Shown here: positions 10,996 to 21,312 of the stretch, piece after piece
How the letters are laid out: each line of letters starts with the position of its first letter
Numbering within the stretch: the first letter of the stretch is position 1
From: an uncultured Gemmatimonadales bacterium
GTDB lineage: Bacteria; Gemmatimonadota; Gemmatimonadetes; Gemmatimonadales; GWC2-71-9
DNA length: 64,000 nucleotides
NCBI GenBank assembly: GCA_963825055.1
Contig: CAWGSK010000013.1
Location: 64,001-128,000 of the forward strand
Direction of reading: 5' to 3'
Position numbers and translations under genes: made by a program
The notes under the pieces: model-generated
Databases searched by the model: none
The model's input: only the letters and a program-made list of their open reading frames with translations
Told to the model about the DNA's origin: nothing

Positions 10996-11013
10996 TCGTG
11001 AAAAAATTCACTT
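10996..11013. promoter_or_regulatory. Putative Rex operator upstream of nuoA
   Basis: TCGTGAAAAAATTCACTT has the perfect core GTGAA-N4-TTCAC of the Rex box TTGTGAA-N4-TTCACAA; about 10 nt upstream of the nuoA ATG. Confidence 0.65.
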
Positions 11014-11165
11014 GCTGCCCAGCGCGGTAAGGTAAGGGGACATAAGGGGATATTCAACTGGCCCCACGCACCCGCGACGGGCCCTCTGCGAGCCCGCGAT
11101 TATATTGCCCGCATTCGCGGCGGGAGACCCGCCCCGCCCCCATCGATCGCGTACCACGAGGGACC

Positions 11166-11726
11166 ATGTCCATCAAGTCCGACCGCTGGATCCGCCGGAT
11201 GGCCCACGAGCACGGGATGATCGAGCCCTTCGTGGAAAAGCAGGTCAAGGCCGGCGCCATTTCCTACGGTGTCTCGAGCTACGGCTATGACATGCGCGTG
11301 GCCCCCGAGTTCAAGATCTTCACCAACGCCCTCTCGGCGATCGTGGATCCCAAGCACTTCGACGCCAACAGCTTCGTGGAGTTCCAGGGCGACGTGTGCA
11401 TCGTACCGCCCAACAGTTTCGCACTGGCGCGGTCGGTGGAGTACTTCAGGATCCCCCGGAACGTGCTCACGATCTGCGTGGGGAAGTCCACCTACGCCCG
11501 CTGCGGGATCATCACCAACGTCACCCCCTTCGAACCGGAGTGGGAAGGCCACGTGACCCTGGAGATCAGCAACACCACCCCGCTGCCGGCCCGGATCTAT
11601 GCGAACGAGGGGATCTGCCAGGTCCTCTTCTTCGAGGCCGACGACGACGATGTCTGCGAAACGAGTTACGCGGACAAGAAGGGGAAGTACCAGGCCCAGC
11701 AGGGCATCACCCTGCCCCGCCTCTAG
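11166..11726 (+). CDS. dcd: dCTP deaminase
   Basis: [41 protein letters not shown]. Confidence 0.96.
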   Translation: MSIKSDRWIRRMAHEHGMIEPFVEKQVKAGAISYGVSSYGYDMRVAPEFKIFTNALSAIVDPKHFDANSFVEFQGDVCIVPPNSFALARSVEYFRIPRNVLTICVGKSTYARCGIITNVTPFEPEWEGHVTLEISNTTPLPARIYANEGICQVLFFEADDDDVCETSYADKKGKYQAQQGITLPRL

Positions 11727-11838
11727 CGGCCTGACGGACCGGTCGGGGCGCGTCCCGCAGGCGCGGCGCCCCACCGGCCCGGGCGCCGGGCCCCCCCTGG
11801 CCCGGCGCGGTCCACGCGCCTGCGATGGACCATTGCCC

Positions 11839-13827
11839 ATGTCGGCGTGCCGTATCCTCGCGACCCTGGCGCTCCTCGGCGCCTCCACCCTTTCCGCCCA
11901 GCAGCCGGCCACCCCGGCACCACCTCCACCCGCCCGGCGAGCCCCGGCTCCGACCGCCGAAGTGACCCTCCGGCCGGCCACCGGCGACACCAGTATCTTC
12001 GCTGCGCTCGTCATGCGCCCCGGCGACATGGTCCGGCGCCCGACCGGCGCCCCCGGCCCCGCCTACTGGCAGCAGCGGGTCGACTACGATATCGCCGCGA
12101 CGCTCGATACCGCTACGAAGCACCTCCGGGGGGTCGTGACCGTCCGGTACACGAACAACAGCCCCGATACCCTCGCGCACCTCTGGATGCAGCTTGACCA
12201 GAACCTGTTCCGGGACAGCAGCACCGGATCGCTGCTCAATCCGCCCGACAGTCGCTTTGCGGCGGAGGGGTTCCGGGGCGGCTATGACCTGGATTCCGTG
12301 GTCCAGCTCCCGGCGGGCCGCGGGGCCGCGACCGCGATCCCGCACCACGTGGACGGGACCCAGATGCGGCTCGACCTGCCGGCGCCGGTGGCGCCGGGGG
12401 CGACGACCAGTTTCCTGATCGGCTACACGTTCATGATCCCGGAGCACGGCGCGGACCGGATGGGCCGCGACGGCGCGCTCTACGAACTGGCCCAGTGGTA
12501 TCCGCGGATGGACGTGTACGACGACATCCGCGGCTGGAACACCGACCCGTACCTCGGACAGGGCGAGTTCTACCTCGAATACGGGGACATGACCTACGCC
12601 ATCACGCTGCCGGCGGGCTACATCATGGCCGGCTCCGGTACGCTGCAGAACCCGGAGACGGTGCTCACCCGGAGCCAGCGCGCCCGTCTCGCCACCGCCA
12701 TCACCTCGGACACCACCATCGCGATCGTGACCGCGGACGAACTGGCCGCCGGCACCGCGCGCCCGCGAAGCACCGGCACGCTCACCTGGAAGTGGAAGGC
12801 GGAAAACGTCCGCGACGTCGCCTGGGCCGCCTCGCCGGAGTACCAGTGGGACGCGTCGGGCTGGGAAGGGATCCTGGCCCAGGCCTTCTACCGGCCTGCG
12901 GCCACGCTCTGGAAGGAAGCCGCACGGATGACGCGCGCCTCGATCCGGGAGTACAGCACCCGGTGGTTCAAGTATCCGTACCCGCAGATCACCTCGGTGG
13001 AAGGCCCGGTGACGGGGATGGAATACCCGATGCTGGACATGGACGGGACCGACAATACCCGGGAAGGGCTCTACAGCACGGCCACGCACGAGATCGGGCA
13101 CAACTGGTTCCCGATGATCGTGGGCTCGAACGAGCGGCGCTATGCATGGATGGACGAGGGTTTCAATACCTTCATCAATACCTTCTCGGAAGAGGATTAC
13201 TTCCAGCGGAGCGACAGCGCGCGCCGGATCGGCGAGCAGGCCTTCGTGCTCCGGAACGACCAGTCGCCAACGGCACAGCCCATCATTACGCCGGCAAACC
13301 GGTACATCAACAATGCCAACCTGGGCAGCCTGGCGTACATCAAGCCCAGTATCGGACTGCTGACCCTCCGCAACAAGATTCTGGGCCCGGCACTGTTCGA
13401 TGCGGCCTTCCAGGAGTACATCCGCCGCTGGGCCTTCCGGCACCCGACCCCGACCGACTTCTTCCGCAGCATGGAGGACGTCTCCGGACGCGACCTGTCA
13501 TGGTTCTGGCGCGGCTGGTTCCTGACCACCGCGGCGCTCGACCAGGCGGTGGAGGACGTGAGCCAGCAGTACCAGAGCGGGTACAACATCGCCAGGATCA
13601 CCATCGGCAACCACGGCCAGCAGGTCATGCCGGTGGAGATGCGGCTCACCCTGGCGGACGGCACCACGCAGAGCGTCCGCCTGCCGGTGGAGATCTGGTA
13701 TGACGGGAATCGCTACACGGCCACGGTCCGCACCAGCTCACCGGTGACCGCCGTGATGCTCGCGCCGGACAGGATGTTCCCGGATGTGGACTATTCGAAT
13801 AACGGGTGGAGCGCCGGGACGCCCTAG
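11839..13827 (+). CDS. Secreted M1-family zinc metallopeptidase
   Basis: Signal peptide; GMEYP; HEIGHNWF...WMDEG (HExxH-18x-E). Confidence 0.9.
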   Translation: MSACRILATLALLGASTLSAQQPATPAPPPPARRAPAPTAEVTLRPATGDTSIFAALVMRPGDMVRRPTGAPGPAYWQQRVDYDIAATLDTATKHLRGVVTVRYTNNSPDTLAHLWMQLDQNLFRDSSTGSLLNPPDSRFAAEGFRGGYDLDSVVQLPAGRGAATAIPHHVDGTQMRLDLPAPVAPGATTSFLIGYTFMIPEHGADRMGRDGALYELAQWYPRMDVYDDIRGWNTDPYLGQGEFYLEYGDMTYAITLPAGYIMAGSGTLQNPETVLTRSQRARLATAITSDTTIAIVTADELAAGTARPRSTGTLTWKWKAENVRDVAWAASPEYQWDASGWEGILAQAFYRPAATLWKEAARMTRASIREYSTRWFKYPYPQITSVEGPVTGMEYPMLDMDGTDNTREGLYSTATHEIGHNWFPMIVGSNERRYAWMDEGFNTFINTFSEEDYFQRSDSARRIGEQAFVLRNDQSPTAQPIITPANRYINNANLGSLAYIKPSIGLLTLRNKILGPALFDAAFQEYIRRWAFRHPTPTDFFRSMEDVSGRDLSWFWRGWFLTTAALDQAVEDVSQQYQSGYNIARITIGNHGQQVMPVEMRLTLADGTTQSVRLPVEIWYDGNRYTATVRTSSPVTAVMLAPDRMFPDVDYSNNGWSAGTP

Positions 13828-13829
13828 CC

Positions 13830-13909
13830 GGTGAACGGTGAACGGTGAACGGGCCCTGCACGACCCCGTTCACCGTTTACCGCTTACCGTTTACCACTTG
13901 CCGTTCACC
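13830..13909. repeat. Bipartite heptamer inverted-repeat element between convergent genes
   Basis: (GGTGAAC)x3, 17-nt spacer, then six complementary units (GTTCACC/GTTTACC etc.); the last unit contains the stop codon of the right-hand gene. Confidence 0.9.
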
Positions 13910-14621
13910 GCTTCCGCGTCACCTTCCGCACCCACCCCCCGTATATCGGATTCGGCAGCAGGAAGAAGCGTGACCCGAAGGCTTCGTCGCGGCCGGCGTC
14001 CGGCAGCGGCTCGCCCTCCGCGGGGAAGTCGCCCATCGCATCACCCATGTAGACCAGCACTTTGACCTGTTTTCCGGGCCAGGCGCACGCGCCCTCGCCT
14101 CTGGCGATCTGTGCCCGCCGGCCGGCCTTGGTATCCGCGCTGTCCCGCTTGAGGCAGAGCAGATCGTCGGCCTTGAAGAGGCCGAAGGTCTCCAGGTTGT
14201 CGCGGGTGGCCTCGCGGGTGATGTCGTCCCGGTTGGTCACGTAGGCCACCTTCCCGCCCAGCGCGCGAACTCCGTCCACGAAGTCACGCACCCCCGGCAC
14301 CATCCCCGCCTCACGCCGCTCCACCCACGCCGTCCACGACGGATTGTCAAACGGCAGGTCGTACGCGAGCCTTTCGAGCTCATAGACCGAGTTGTCGAGC
14401 GTCGACTCGTCCACGTCCAGTACCACCCCCCACGGGGCCTTTCCCACGCTGTCCCGCCCCCGCCGGGCCGCCACCAGGGCCTGGCGGTAGACCTGCCGGG
14501 TCAGGGTCGCGTACTCCGCGGCATCCCGGACGTACTTCACGTCGCGGCCGGTCGTCACCTGGGCGGCCAGGACGCCGGGCACGGACATGAGACAGAACAG
14601 CAGCAGGGACAGCCGGCGCAT
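13905..14621 (-). CDS. Secreted HAD acid phosphatase / 5'-nucleotidase e(P4) family
   Basis: Signal peptide; VVLDVDESTLDNS, YVTNR, MGDAMGDF, LPNPIYG. Confidence 0.88.
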   Translation of the reverse strand: MRRLSLLLFCLMSVPGVLAAQVTTGRDVKYVRDAAEYATLTRQVYRQALVAARRGRDSVGKAPWGVVLDVDESTLDNSVYELERLAYDLPFDNPSWTAWVERREAGMVPGVRDFVDGVRALGGKVAYVTNRDDITREATRDNLETFGLFKADDLLCLKRDSADTKAGRRAQIARGEGACAWPGKQVKVLVYMGDAMGDFPAEGEPLPDAGRDEAFGSRFFLLPNPIYGGWVRKVTRKR

Positions 14622-14670
14622 TGTCGGTCCTTTCTCGGAGAATCGAAACTCTTGACGGCCACCCCGCGTC

Positions 14671-14707
14671 ATGCTAAATAACCAGCATAGTGCTAGTTTT
14701 TTAGCAT
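14671..14707. promoter_or_regulatory. AT-rich near-perfect 37-bp palindrome (two TGCT-N8-AGCA sites) in a divergent intergenic region
   Basis: ATGCTAAATAACCAGCATAGTGCTAGTTTTTTAGCAT; TTGACG at 14652-14657 just upstream. Confidence 0.55.
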
Positions 14708-14851
14708 TCGCCGCGGGAGAGGCAATTCCATGGTTCTGCGCCGGCAGGTATCGCAGTGCCGGGACGGGCAGATCATGGAGGACCCCGCGATCCCTGTCAA
14801 CCTTACCCGGGTTTGCCGTGTCTTACTGGCTGACCCCGCTCCGGAGCGCCC

Positions 14852-17389
14852 GTGACTTCTGTACTAGGAATCCTGCTCGCCCTGCAGACGACGGCCGCAC
14901 CGCCACCACCGGCGGCGGCCCCAACCACCATCGTGCGCGCCACACTCGTGCAGACGGCGCCCGTCATTGACGGCCGGGACAACGACTCGATCTGGTCCAT
15001 CACCCCGCCGATTACCGGCTTCCTGGAATCGCGCCCGACCGAGGGTGCCCCGCCCCGCCTCGAAACCGAGGCGCGGGTGGCCTACGATGCCCGGAACCTG
15101 TACGTGTTCGTCCGCGCCTTCGACCCGCATCCCGACAGCATCGTGCGCCAGTTGGGGCGCCGGGACGACTACACCGCCAGCGACCGGATCATCCTGATGC
15201 TGGATTCCTACCATGATCGCAGGACCGGCTACGAGTTCGCCGTGAACCCCGCGGGCGTGAAGGCGGACTACGCCATCTTCAACGACGGCGATGAGGACCG
15301 GGCCTGGGATGCGATCTGGGATGTTTCGACCCGGGTGGATTCGCTCGGCTGGACGGCCGAGTACCGCATCCCGCTCTCCCAGTTGCGGTACAACGCCGGC
15401 GGCGACGGGACCTTCGGGATTCTCATCTGGCGGGACATCCAGCGCTATACCGCGGTGATGACGTGGCCCCTCTACCGTCCTTCACGCTCCGGGTTCACCT
15501 CGCAGTTCGGGGAGCTGACCGGCCTGACCGGCCTGGGTGGCACCGGTCGCGCGGAGTTCACGCCCTATGTCGTGACCAAGAACGTGCAGGGACCGGCGTC
15601 CAGCGGATTCGGGCGCGACCAGAAGGTTACCGCGGGCGGCGACGTCAAGTACCGGCTCGCGTCCAACCTGCTGCTCAATGCCACCATCAACCCGGATTTC
15701 GGACAGGTCGAAGCCGATCCCTCCGAATTGAACCTCGGCGCGTTCGAAACCTTCTTCTCCGAGCGCCGGCCGTTCTTCGTGGAGGGGAAAGGGCTGTTCA
15801 CCTTCAGCGTCAACTGCGTCATCGTGGTGGACTGCAATACGGGCGAGGGCCTCTTCTATTCCCGCCGGATCGGGCGCTCACCCCAGCTCGCCCCGGTCTA
15901 CGGGAACGATGCGTCGGCCAGCGCGACGCGGATCCTGGGGGCGGCGAAAGCCACCGGCCGGCTGCCGGGGGGCTTCTCCCTCGGCGTGCTCGACGCCGTA
16001 ACCGACCATATCGACGGGCCGGGCGGCACCACGCTCGAGCCCGCCGCCAACTACGGGGTCGTCCGCGCCAATCAGGACTACAACGGCGGCGACGGAAGCA
16101 TCGGCTTCATGCTGACCGCGGTGAACCGCTTCACCGATTCCAGCAGCAGCCCTTACCTGCACCGGAGCGCCTACGCGGCGGGACTCGATGCCCGCCACCG
16201 GTTCAACGGGCGCTACGAGGTCTCCAGCTCATTTGACGTGAGCCGGGTGGCCGGGAGCGCCGAGGCGATTGCCCGGACCCAGCGGACATCGGTGCACCTG
16301 TACCAGCGACCCGACGATGATCTGGCGTTCGACTCGACCCGCACTTCCCTCACCGGGACGAACATGGAGTTCCGCTTCGCGAAGGTGGGCGGCAGGGTGC
16401 TGCGCTTCGAGACGGCATACCAGCGGCGGACGCCCGGTTTCGAGATCAACGATGTCGGATTCCTCCGCCAGGCGGACTTCCAGGCCTGGACCACCTGGGC
16501 TGCCCTCGCGTTCCGGACGCCCAACCGTGTGTTCCAGCAGCTCCGCTGGAACTTCAACAACTGGGAATACTGGAACGTGGCCGGGCTGCCGACCGAACGG
16601 GCGTTCAACACGAACGTCCACACCCAGTTCAACAACCGGTGGTGGTTCCACGGCGGCGGCACACTGGGACAGCTCGGGTCGACCTACTGCGACCGGTGCG
16701 CGCGCGGCGGTCCGGCCATCCGGCAGGACCCGTACATCGCCCCGTGGATGGGCATCGAGGGCGATGACCGCCACGCACTCGTGCCCTACCTCTGGGGGAA
16801 CTACTTCCTGGGAGACGGCGGCCGGTCCGAGCGCATCAGCCTCAGCCCGGAACTGGACTTCAAGGTCTCCACCCGGTTCACTACCTCCCTGAGCGTGGAC
16901 TACTCCCACAACCGGGATGACAACCAGTACTTCGGGACGTTTACCGGCGCGGGTGGGGCTTCGCATTACACCTTCGCCCATCTCGAGCAGGAGACGCTCG
17001 GCCTGACCTGGCGCCTCGGATACACCTTCACGCCGGAGGCCACGCTCCAGGTCTATGCCTCGCCGTTCGTCTCGCGAGGCACTTATTCGAATGTGCGGGA
17101 GCTGGCCAGTCCGCGCGCAGACGACTACGACGCCCGCTACCAGCCGTACGCTGACCCGGCCGTCGCCGCTGACCCCGGCGGGTTCAACTTCCGCCAGTTC
17201 CGGTCCAACATGGTGTTCCGGTGGGAGTACCGCCCGGGCTCGACCCTGTTCCTGGTGTGGAGCCAGGGACGGCAGGCCTTCGACCCGGTGGCGGGCGATC
17301 GGAGCTTCGGCGGAGACCTGAACGACCTGCTGGGGCGCCGCGCCGACGACACCTTCCTCGTGAAGCTCTCCTGGTGGTTCGGGCAATAG
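14852..17389 (+). CDS. Outer-membrane protein with N-terminal CBM9-like domain (DUF5916-like)
   Basis: APVIDG, FAVNPAGVKAD, WTAEYRIPLSQLRY, NPDFGQVEAD, ERRPFFVEG; aromatic beta-barrel C-terminus. Confidence 0.8.
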   Translation: MTSVLGILLALQTTAAPPPPAAAPTTIVRATLVQTAPVIDGRDNDSIWSITPPITGFLESRPTEGAPPRLETEARVAYDARNLYVFVRAFDPHPDSIVRQLGRRDDYTASDRIILMLDSYHDRRTGYEFAVNPAGVKADYAIFNDGDEDRAWDAIWDVSTRVDSLGWTAEYRIPLSQLRYNAGGDGTFGILIWRDIQRYTAVMTWPLYRPSRSGFTSQFGELTGLTGLGGTGRAEFTPYVVTKNVQGPASSGFGRDQKVTAGGDVKYRLASNLLLNATINPDFGQVEADPSELNLGAFETFFSERRPFFVEGKGLFTFSVNCVIVVDCNTGEGLFYSRRIGRSPQLAPVYGNDASASATRILGAAKATGRLPGGFSLGVLDAVTDHIDGPGGTTLEPAANYGVVRANQDYNGGDGSIGFMLTAVNRFTDSSSSPYLHRSAYAAGLDARHRFNGRYEVSSSFDVSRVAGSAEAIARTQRTSVHLYQRPDDDLAFDSTRTSLTGTNMEFRFAKVGGRVLRFETAYQRRTPGFEINDVGFLRQADFQAWTTWAALAFRTPNRVFQQLRWNFNNWEYWNVAGLPTERAFNTNVHTQFNNRWWFHGGGTLGQLGSTYCDRCARGGPAIRQDPYIAPWMGIEGDDRHALVPYLWGNYFLGDGGRSERISLSPELDFKVSTRFTTSLSVDYSHNRDDNQYFGTFTGAGGASHYTFAHLEQETLGLTWRLGYTFTPEATLQVYASPFVSRGTYSNVRELASPRADDYDARYQPYADPAVAADPGGFNFRQFRSNMVFRWEYRPGSTLFLVWSQGRQAFDPVAGDRSFGGDLNDLLGRRADDTFLVKLSWWFGQ

Positions 17390-17396
17390 GGTGCGG

Positions 17397-18068
17397 TCAG
17401 CGGAAGGTGACGAACTCCTCGAGCGACTTCTTCGTGATGACGGGGACCACCGCGTCGTCGGCGGGATACCCGACGACGAGCACGAGAAAGGCCCGGTCGG
17501 TGGGCGGGCGCTCGAGCAGGTCGTTCAGGAACCCCATCGGGCTCGGGGTATGCGTGAGCGTCGCCAGGCCCGCATGGTGCAGGGCCGTGATGAGCATCCC
17601 CATGGCGATGCCCACCGACTCACTCACGTAGTAATGCGGTACACGGTACCCTGCCGGGTCCAGGCCGTAGCGCTCACCGAAGACGACGACGAGAACGGGC
17701 GCGGTTTCGAGGTAGGGCTTGTACTCGTCCGTGCCGAGGTGCGCCAGCGCGTCCAGCCAGGTCTGGGGCGCCCGGCCGTGATAGAACGCATGCTCCTCCG
17801 CCTCCGCCGCCACCCGGATCCTCCGCTTGAGTCCCGGATCCGCGACCACCACAAAGTGCCACGGCTGCAGGTTGGCACCGCTCGGCGCGGTGCCCGCCGC
17901 CCGGAGGCATTCCTCCAGCACCTCCCGCGGGACCGGCCGGTCACTGAACTGGCGCACGCTCCGTCGCCGCTCCAGCTCCTCACGGAAGCCCTCCGCCCTG
18001 CGTCGCATCTCCTCCTCGGGGTACTCGCGCCAGGTGTCCAGCGGCCGGAACTTCGGTGCTGCGCTCAC
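17397..18068 (-). CDS. Nitroreductase-family flavoprotein, iodotyrosine deiodinase-like
   Basis: [59 protein letters not shown] overlaps the M28 peptidase stop. Confidence 0.85.
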   Translation of the reverse strand: MSAAPKFRPLDTWREYPEEEMRRRAEGFREELERRRSVRQFSDRPVPREVLEECLRAAGTAPSGANLQPWHFVVVADPGLKRRIRVAAEAEEHAFYHGRAPQTWLDALAHLGTDEYKPYLETAPVLVVVFGERYGLDPAGYRVPHYYVSESVGIAMGMLITALHHAGLATLTHTPSPMGFLNDLLERPPTDRAFLVLVVGYPADDAVVPVITKKSLEEFVTFR

Positions 18069-20170
18069 CGGCCTGGCTCCAGGAGCGCGATCGCCGCCCG
18101 GACCCGCTCCGCCGCCCTGGACACGCCACGCGCCAGGTCGGTGACCTCGTCCCGCGCACGCGCCTGGTCCCGGTCCTCCTGGGCTTCGGCGATGCCCGGC
18201 AAGGCAATGTCCGCGTAGCCATTGTTCCGGTCTGACGCGTACAGCAGGTTGCGCCGCCAGGGCCGGCCGACCAGGCCCTCCGGACGGGACATCGCCGGCT
18301 CCACCTGGCGAAGCGTACCATTCACCCGGGCCAGCAACCCGCGAGGGACGCCAGCGGTAGCCAGTCGGGCGAGACGCGCCCGGTTGAGGGACTCCCCTGC
18401 GTCGGTAAGCAAGGTGATCGCGGCATCCAGCGAGTCGTACGGCAACGCCCACCCGAGGCTGTCGGCCGCACGGCGGGATGTCGCGGCCAGGTCCGCCAGG
18501 CGCCGGCCCAGGACCGCATAGTCGAAGGGCTCCACGTCCGCATTGGCCAGCCGGGACATTGCCACGGCGACCAGGCGACCGGCGGCAGCATGACTCAGGT
18601 AGCCGGGGTCGCCGAAACGCTCCATCCAGGTCCATGTGTCATAGGCCGCATGGTACACCCCGATCGGCCCTCCGAAGCCCATCTCCAGCGCCGGCATCCC
18701 CAGGTGGCTGTAGAACCCGCCGAAATCGCTCCCGCCTCCCATCACGCCGGGAGTGACGTCCGAACTGTCTCCGGGCTGGCGCGCGTCGCGCCAGGCCTGG
18801 TATACCGACATGGTATCGTCCGGCTGGCGCACCGCCCGCGTCACCTCGCGGATGAATGGATAGAGGGATGGGGTCCCGGCGGCCCCGAACCGGCGCCCGA
18901 ACGCGGACATGTCCTGGTTCAGGTAGGCTACCAGATGCTGCAGCAGGTCGTCCTCACGCGACTCCACCCATTCCGTGCTGCCCACCAGTCCCCACTCCTC
19001 CGCATCCCAGGTCGCGAAGATCACGGTCCGCCGCGGACGCCGGCCCTGGCGTGCCGCGGTTCCCATTGCGCGCGCAGCCTCGAGCAGGCTCACCGTGCCG
19101 CTGATGTTGTCCGCGGCGCCGGGACCCCAGGCATCGCGGTGCCCGCCGGCGATGACGATCTCGTCCGGCCAGTCGGTGCCCCGAAGCCGCCCGAAAGTGT
19201 TGGTGATGGTCTTCCAGCGTCGCTCCTCGGGCTCGAGCCACACCGCAACACGGACGCGTGTCGCCGAGTCACCGACGTGATACCGGAAGGGGAGTGCGCC
19301 CTGCCAGGGCTGCGGCACCGAGGGACCGCCAAGCTGCCCGAGAATGCGCGCGGCATTGCCGTATCCCAGCGGGATCACCGGGATGTGCGCGACGTCGAGG
19401 CTGTCCGGGGGGAGCCGGCGCGCGCCGGACACGGAGGACCACCCCGGTGTGGTCGGGTCCCCATCGGCGTTCAGGATGCTCCCGCGCTGTACCGCGTCGG
19501 GGCCGCGCATGGGGCCGTCGGGATAGACATCCCCACGGAAGTAGCCGTCATCCTGCGGGTCCGAGTAGAGTATCAGCCCAGCCGCCCCATGCGCTTCGGC
19601 CTCGCGCGCCTTGATGCCGCGGAAGCTGCGCCCGTAGCGCGCGATGACCACCCGGCCCTCCACCGGTACCCCGAGCCGCTCGAGTGCCTCGTAATCCTCC
19701 GCCAGTCCGTAGTTCACGTACACCACCGGCGCCGTCACGTCGCCTTCCCCGCTGGACCCGTTCATCGCCGGCCAGATTCCCGACTGCGTGGTGGGATCAT
19801 CCGGCAGCGCAGGCTCATCCAGGCGGAACCGCCTCGGGGCCGCCCCTTCGAGTTCCACCAGCTGCGAATCCGGATAGGGAAGCCAGACCCGGAACGACAC
19901 CCGACTGGTGTCGAGTCCCCAGGAGGCCATCTGCCGCAGCACGTATTCGGCCGTCCGCTGCTGCGCAGGGGTGCCGGCCACGTGCGCCTCGGCCGAGAGG
20001 GCGTGCGAGTGCGTCCGTGCGCTCGACGGATCGGGAACGGAGGTAAGCAGCGCTTCAATCTTCGACTGCTGCGCCCAGGTGGCAGGGGTGAATCCCGCCG
20101 GGCGGTCCTGCGCGACGGCGGGGACGGAGGACAGCACGAAGGCGGCAGCCAGCAGGCCGTACATGCGCAT
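18065..20170 (-). CDS. M28 peptidase, glutamate carboxypeptidase II-like (PA and TfR dimerisation domains)
   Basis: Signal peptide; [40 protein letters not shown]. Confidence 0.92.
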   Translation of the reverse strand: MRMYGLLAAAFVLSSVPAVAQDRPAGFTPATWAQQSKIEALLTSVPDPSSARTHSHALSAEAHVAGTPAQQRTAEYVLRQMASWGLDTSRVSFRVWLPYPDSQLVELEGAAPRRFRLDEPALPDDPTTQSGIWPAMNGSSGEGDVTAPVVYVNYGLAEDYEALERLGVPVEGRVVIARYGRSFRGIKAREAEAHGAAGLILYSDPQDDGYFRGDVYPDGPMRGPDAVQRGSILNADGDPTTPGWSSVSGARRLPPDSLDVAHIPVIPLGYGNAARILGQLGGPSVPQPWQGALPFRYHVGDSATRVRVAVWLEPEERRWKTITNTFGRLRGTDWPDEIVIAGGHRDAWGPGAADNISGTVSLLEAARAMGTAARQGRRPRRTVIFATWDAEEWGLVGSTEWVESREDDLLQHLVAYLNQDMSAFGRRFGAAGTPSLYPFIREVTRAVRQPDDTMSVYQAWRDARQPGDSSDVTPGVMGGGSDFGGFYSHLGMPALEMGFGGPIGVYHAAYDTWTWMERFGDPGYLSHAAAGRLVAVAMSRLANADVEPFDYAVLGRRLADLAATSRRAADSLGWALPYDSLDAAITLLTDAGESLNRARLARLATAGVPRGLLARVNGTLRQVEPAMSRPEGLVGRPWRRNLLYASDRNNGYADIALPGIAEAQEDRDQARARDEVTDLARGVSRAAERVRAAIALLEPGR

Positions 20171-20229
20171 GCGTTGGTATCCTGTGGTGAGGGCGAAGCT
20201 GGAAGGAAATCAGGCCGGGGCCGAAATCG

Positions 20230-21312
20230 CTACCCCTCCGACTGCCGGGGGCGCCGCCCGAAGGTCATGAGTCGACGCAGTCGCCACGTATGGCGCCCGA
20301 CTGGATGCTCGGCGAGCTCACGCCAGCGCGCTGACGGGCGCGCCGGCCAGAACCGGGACGCGACACCATGCATCCACGCCGAGGGCGCATGCTGGAGCGC
20401 GAGTTGCGCGGCGATCGGTGCCCGTGCCCGGCGACGCTCGAGCCAGGTGCGGGTGCCCATCCATCGGCGAAGCGGGGCCTGGGTCCAGCCGCCCGGGCCG
20501 CGGATCCGTTCCGGGAGGCCGAGGCGCCGGAGATCGTCAGCGAGAATGGCGCCGAGGGGATGGTCGATCTCGGTGTCGCCGAGATGCAGGAGTACGTCGA
20601 GGAGGAGGATGGCCTGCCAGCCCCCGTGGCGGATGTAGTGCCGGATCAGCAGCTCGAGCTCGTGCGCCGGCGACGGAATCCACATCCCTTCGCCCCACGC
20701 CCGCCGGTGGGCGAGCATTTCGGCGGTCCCGGGAGACCCGGCCGAGGGCGGCTCGATCCGCCAGTGCACTTCGAGGATGTCATCCCAGCCGGGGATATAC
20801 GGACGCTGGAACCTGACATGGAACAACTCGCGCGACGGGGACGACCACGGCGAGTAGCCCCGGTCGGTCAGGAAGCGGGTGACCTCCTCCACCGATGCCC
20901 ACGGGACGAGAACATCGAGGTCGCGCGAAGGACGGATGGCACCGGAGCCGTACAGGCGCTCGGCCATCGGCGGGCCCTTCATGACCAGCCACGGAACTCC
21001 GGCGCCCTCGAGCAGGTCACGCATCTCGGTGAGCTGCGCGGCCCCGCGCTCCGCGGCGAACCCCGCCAGCCCGACCGCCCGGGCGATGTTGCGGTACGGT
21101 GTCTCCGGGAGGGAACGCAGGTCGGGACCGAGCAGTTGCGCGGCCAGGGGCGCCAGGCGGCTCACCTCGACGTCCACCGCGCCCGCTGCCCACTCCGCCG
21201 GTTCGGGCGAAGCAGCCGGGAGGCCCAGGGCGCGGTGAAGCGTCCAGACGAGGAACGGGTGTTCCCTCTTCAGTGGGCGGCGGCGGCCAGGCAACGTGCG
21301 ATCTCCTCCCAT
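20230..21312 (-). CDS. Nucleotidyltransferase family protein of the lasso cluster (start uncertain, possibly about 21273)
   Basis: KGPPMAERLY..RPSRDLDVLV, LEVHW. Confidence 0.8.
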   Translation of the reverse strand: MGGDRTLPGRRRPLKREHPFLVWTLHRALGLPAASPEPAEWAAGAVDVEVSRLAPLAAQLLGPDLRSLPETPYRNIARAVGLAGFAAERGAAQLTEMRDLLEGAGVPWLVMKGPPMAERLYGSGAIRPSRDLDVLVPWASVEEVTRFLTDRGYSPWSSPSRELFHVRFQRPYIPGWDDILEVHWRIEPPSAGSPGTAEMLAHRRAWGEGMWIPSPAHELELLIRHYIRHGGWQAILLLDVLLHLGDTEIDHPLGAILADDLRRLGLPERIRGPGGWTQAPLRRWMGTRTWLERRRARAPIAAQLALQHAPSAWMHGVASRFWPARPSARWRELAEHPVGRHTWRLRRLMTFGRRPRQSEG

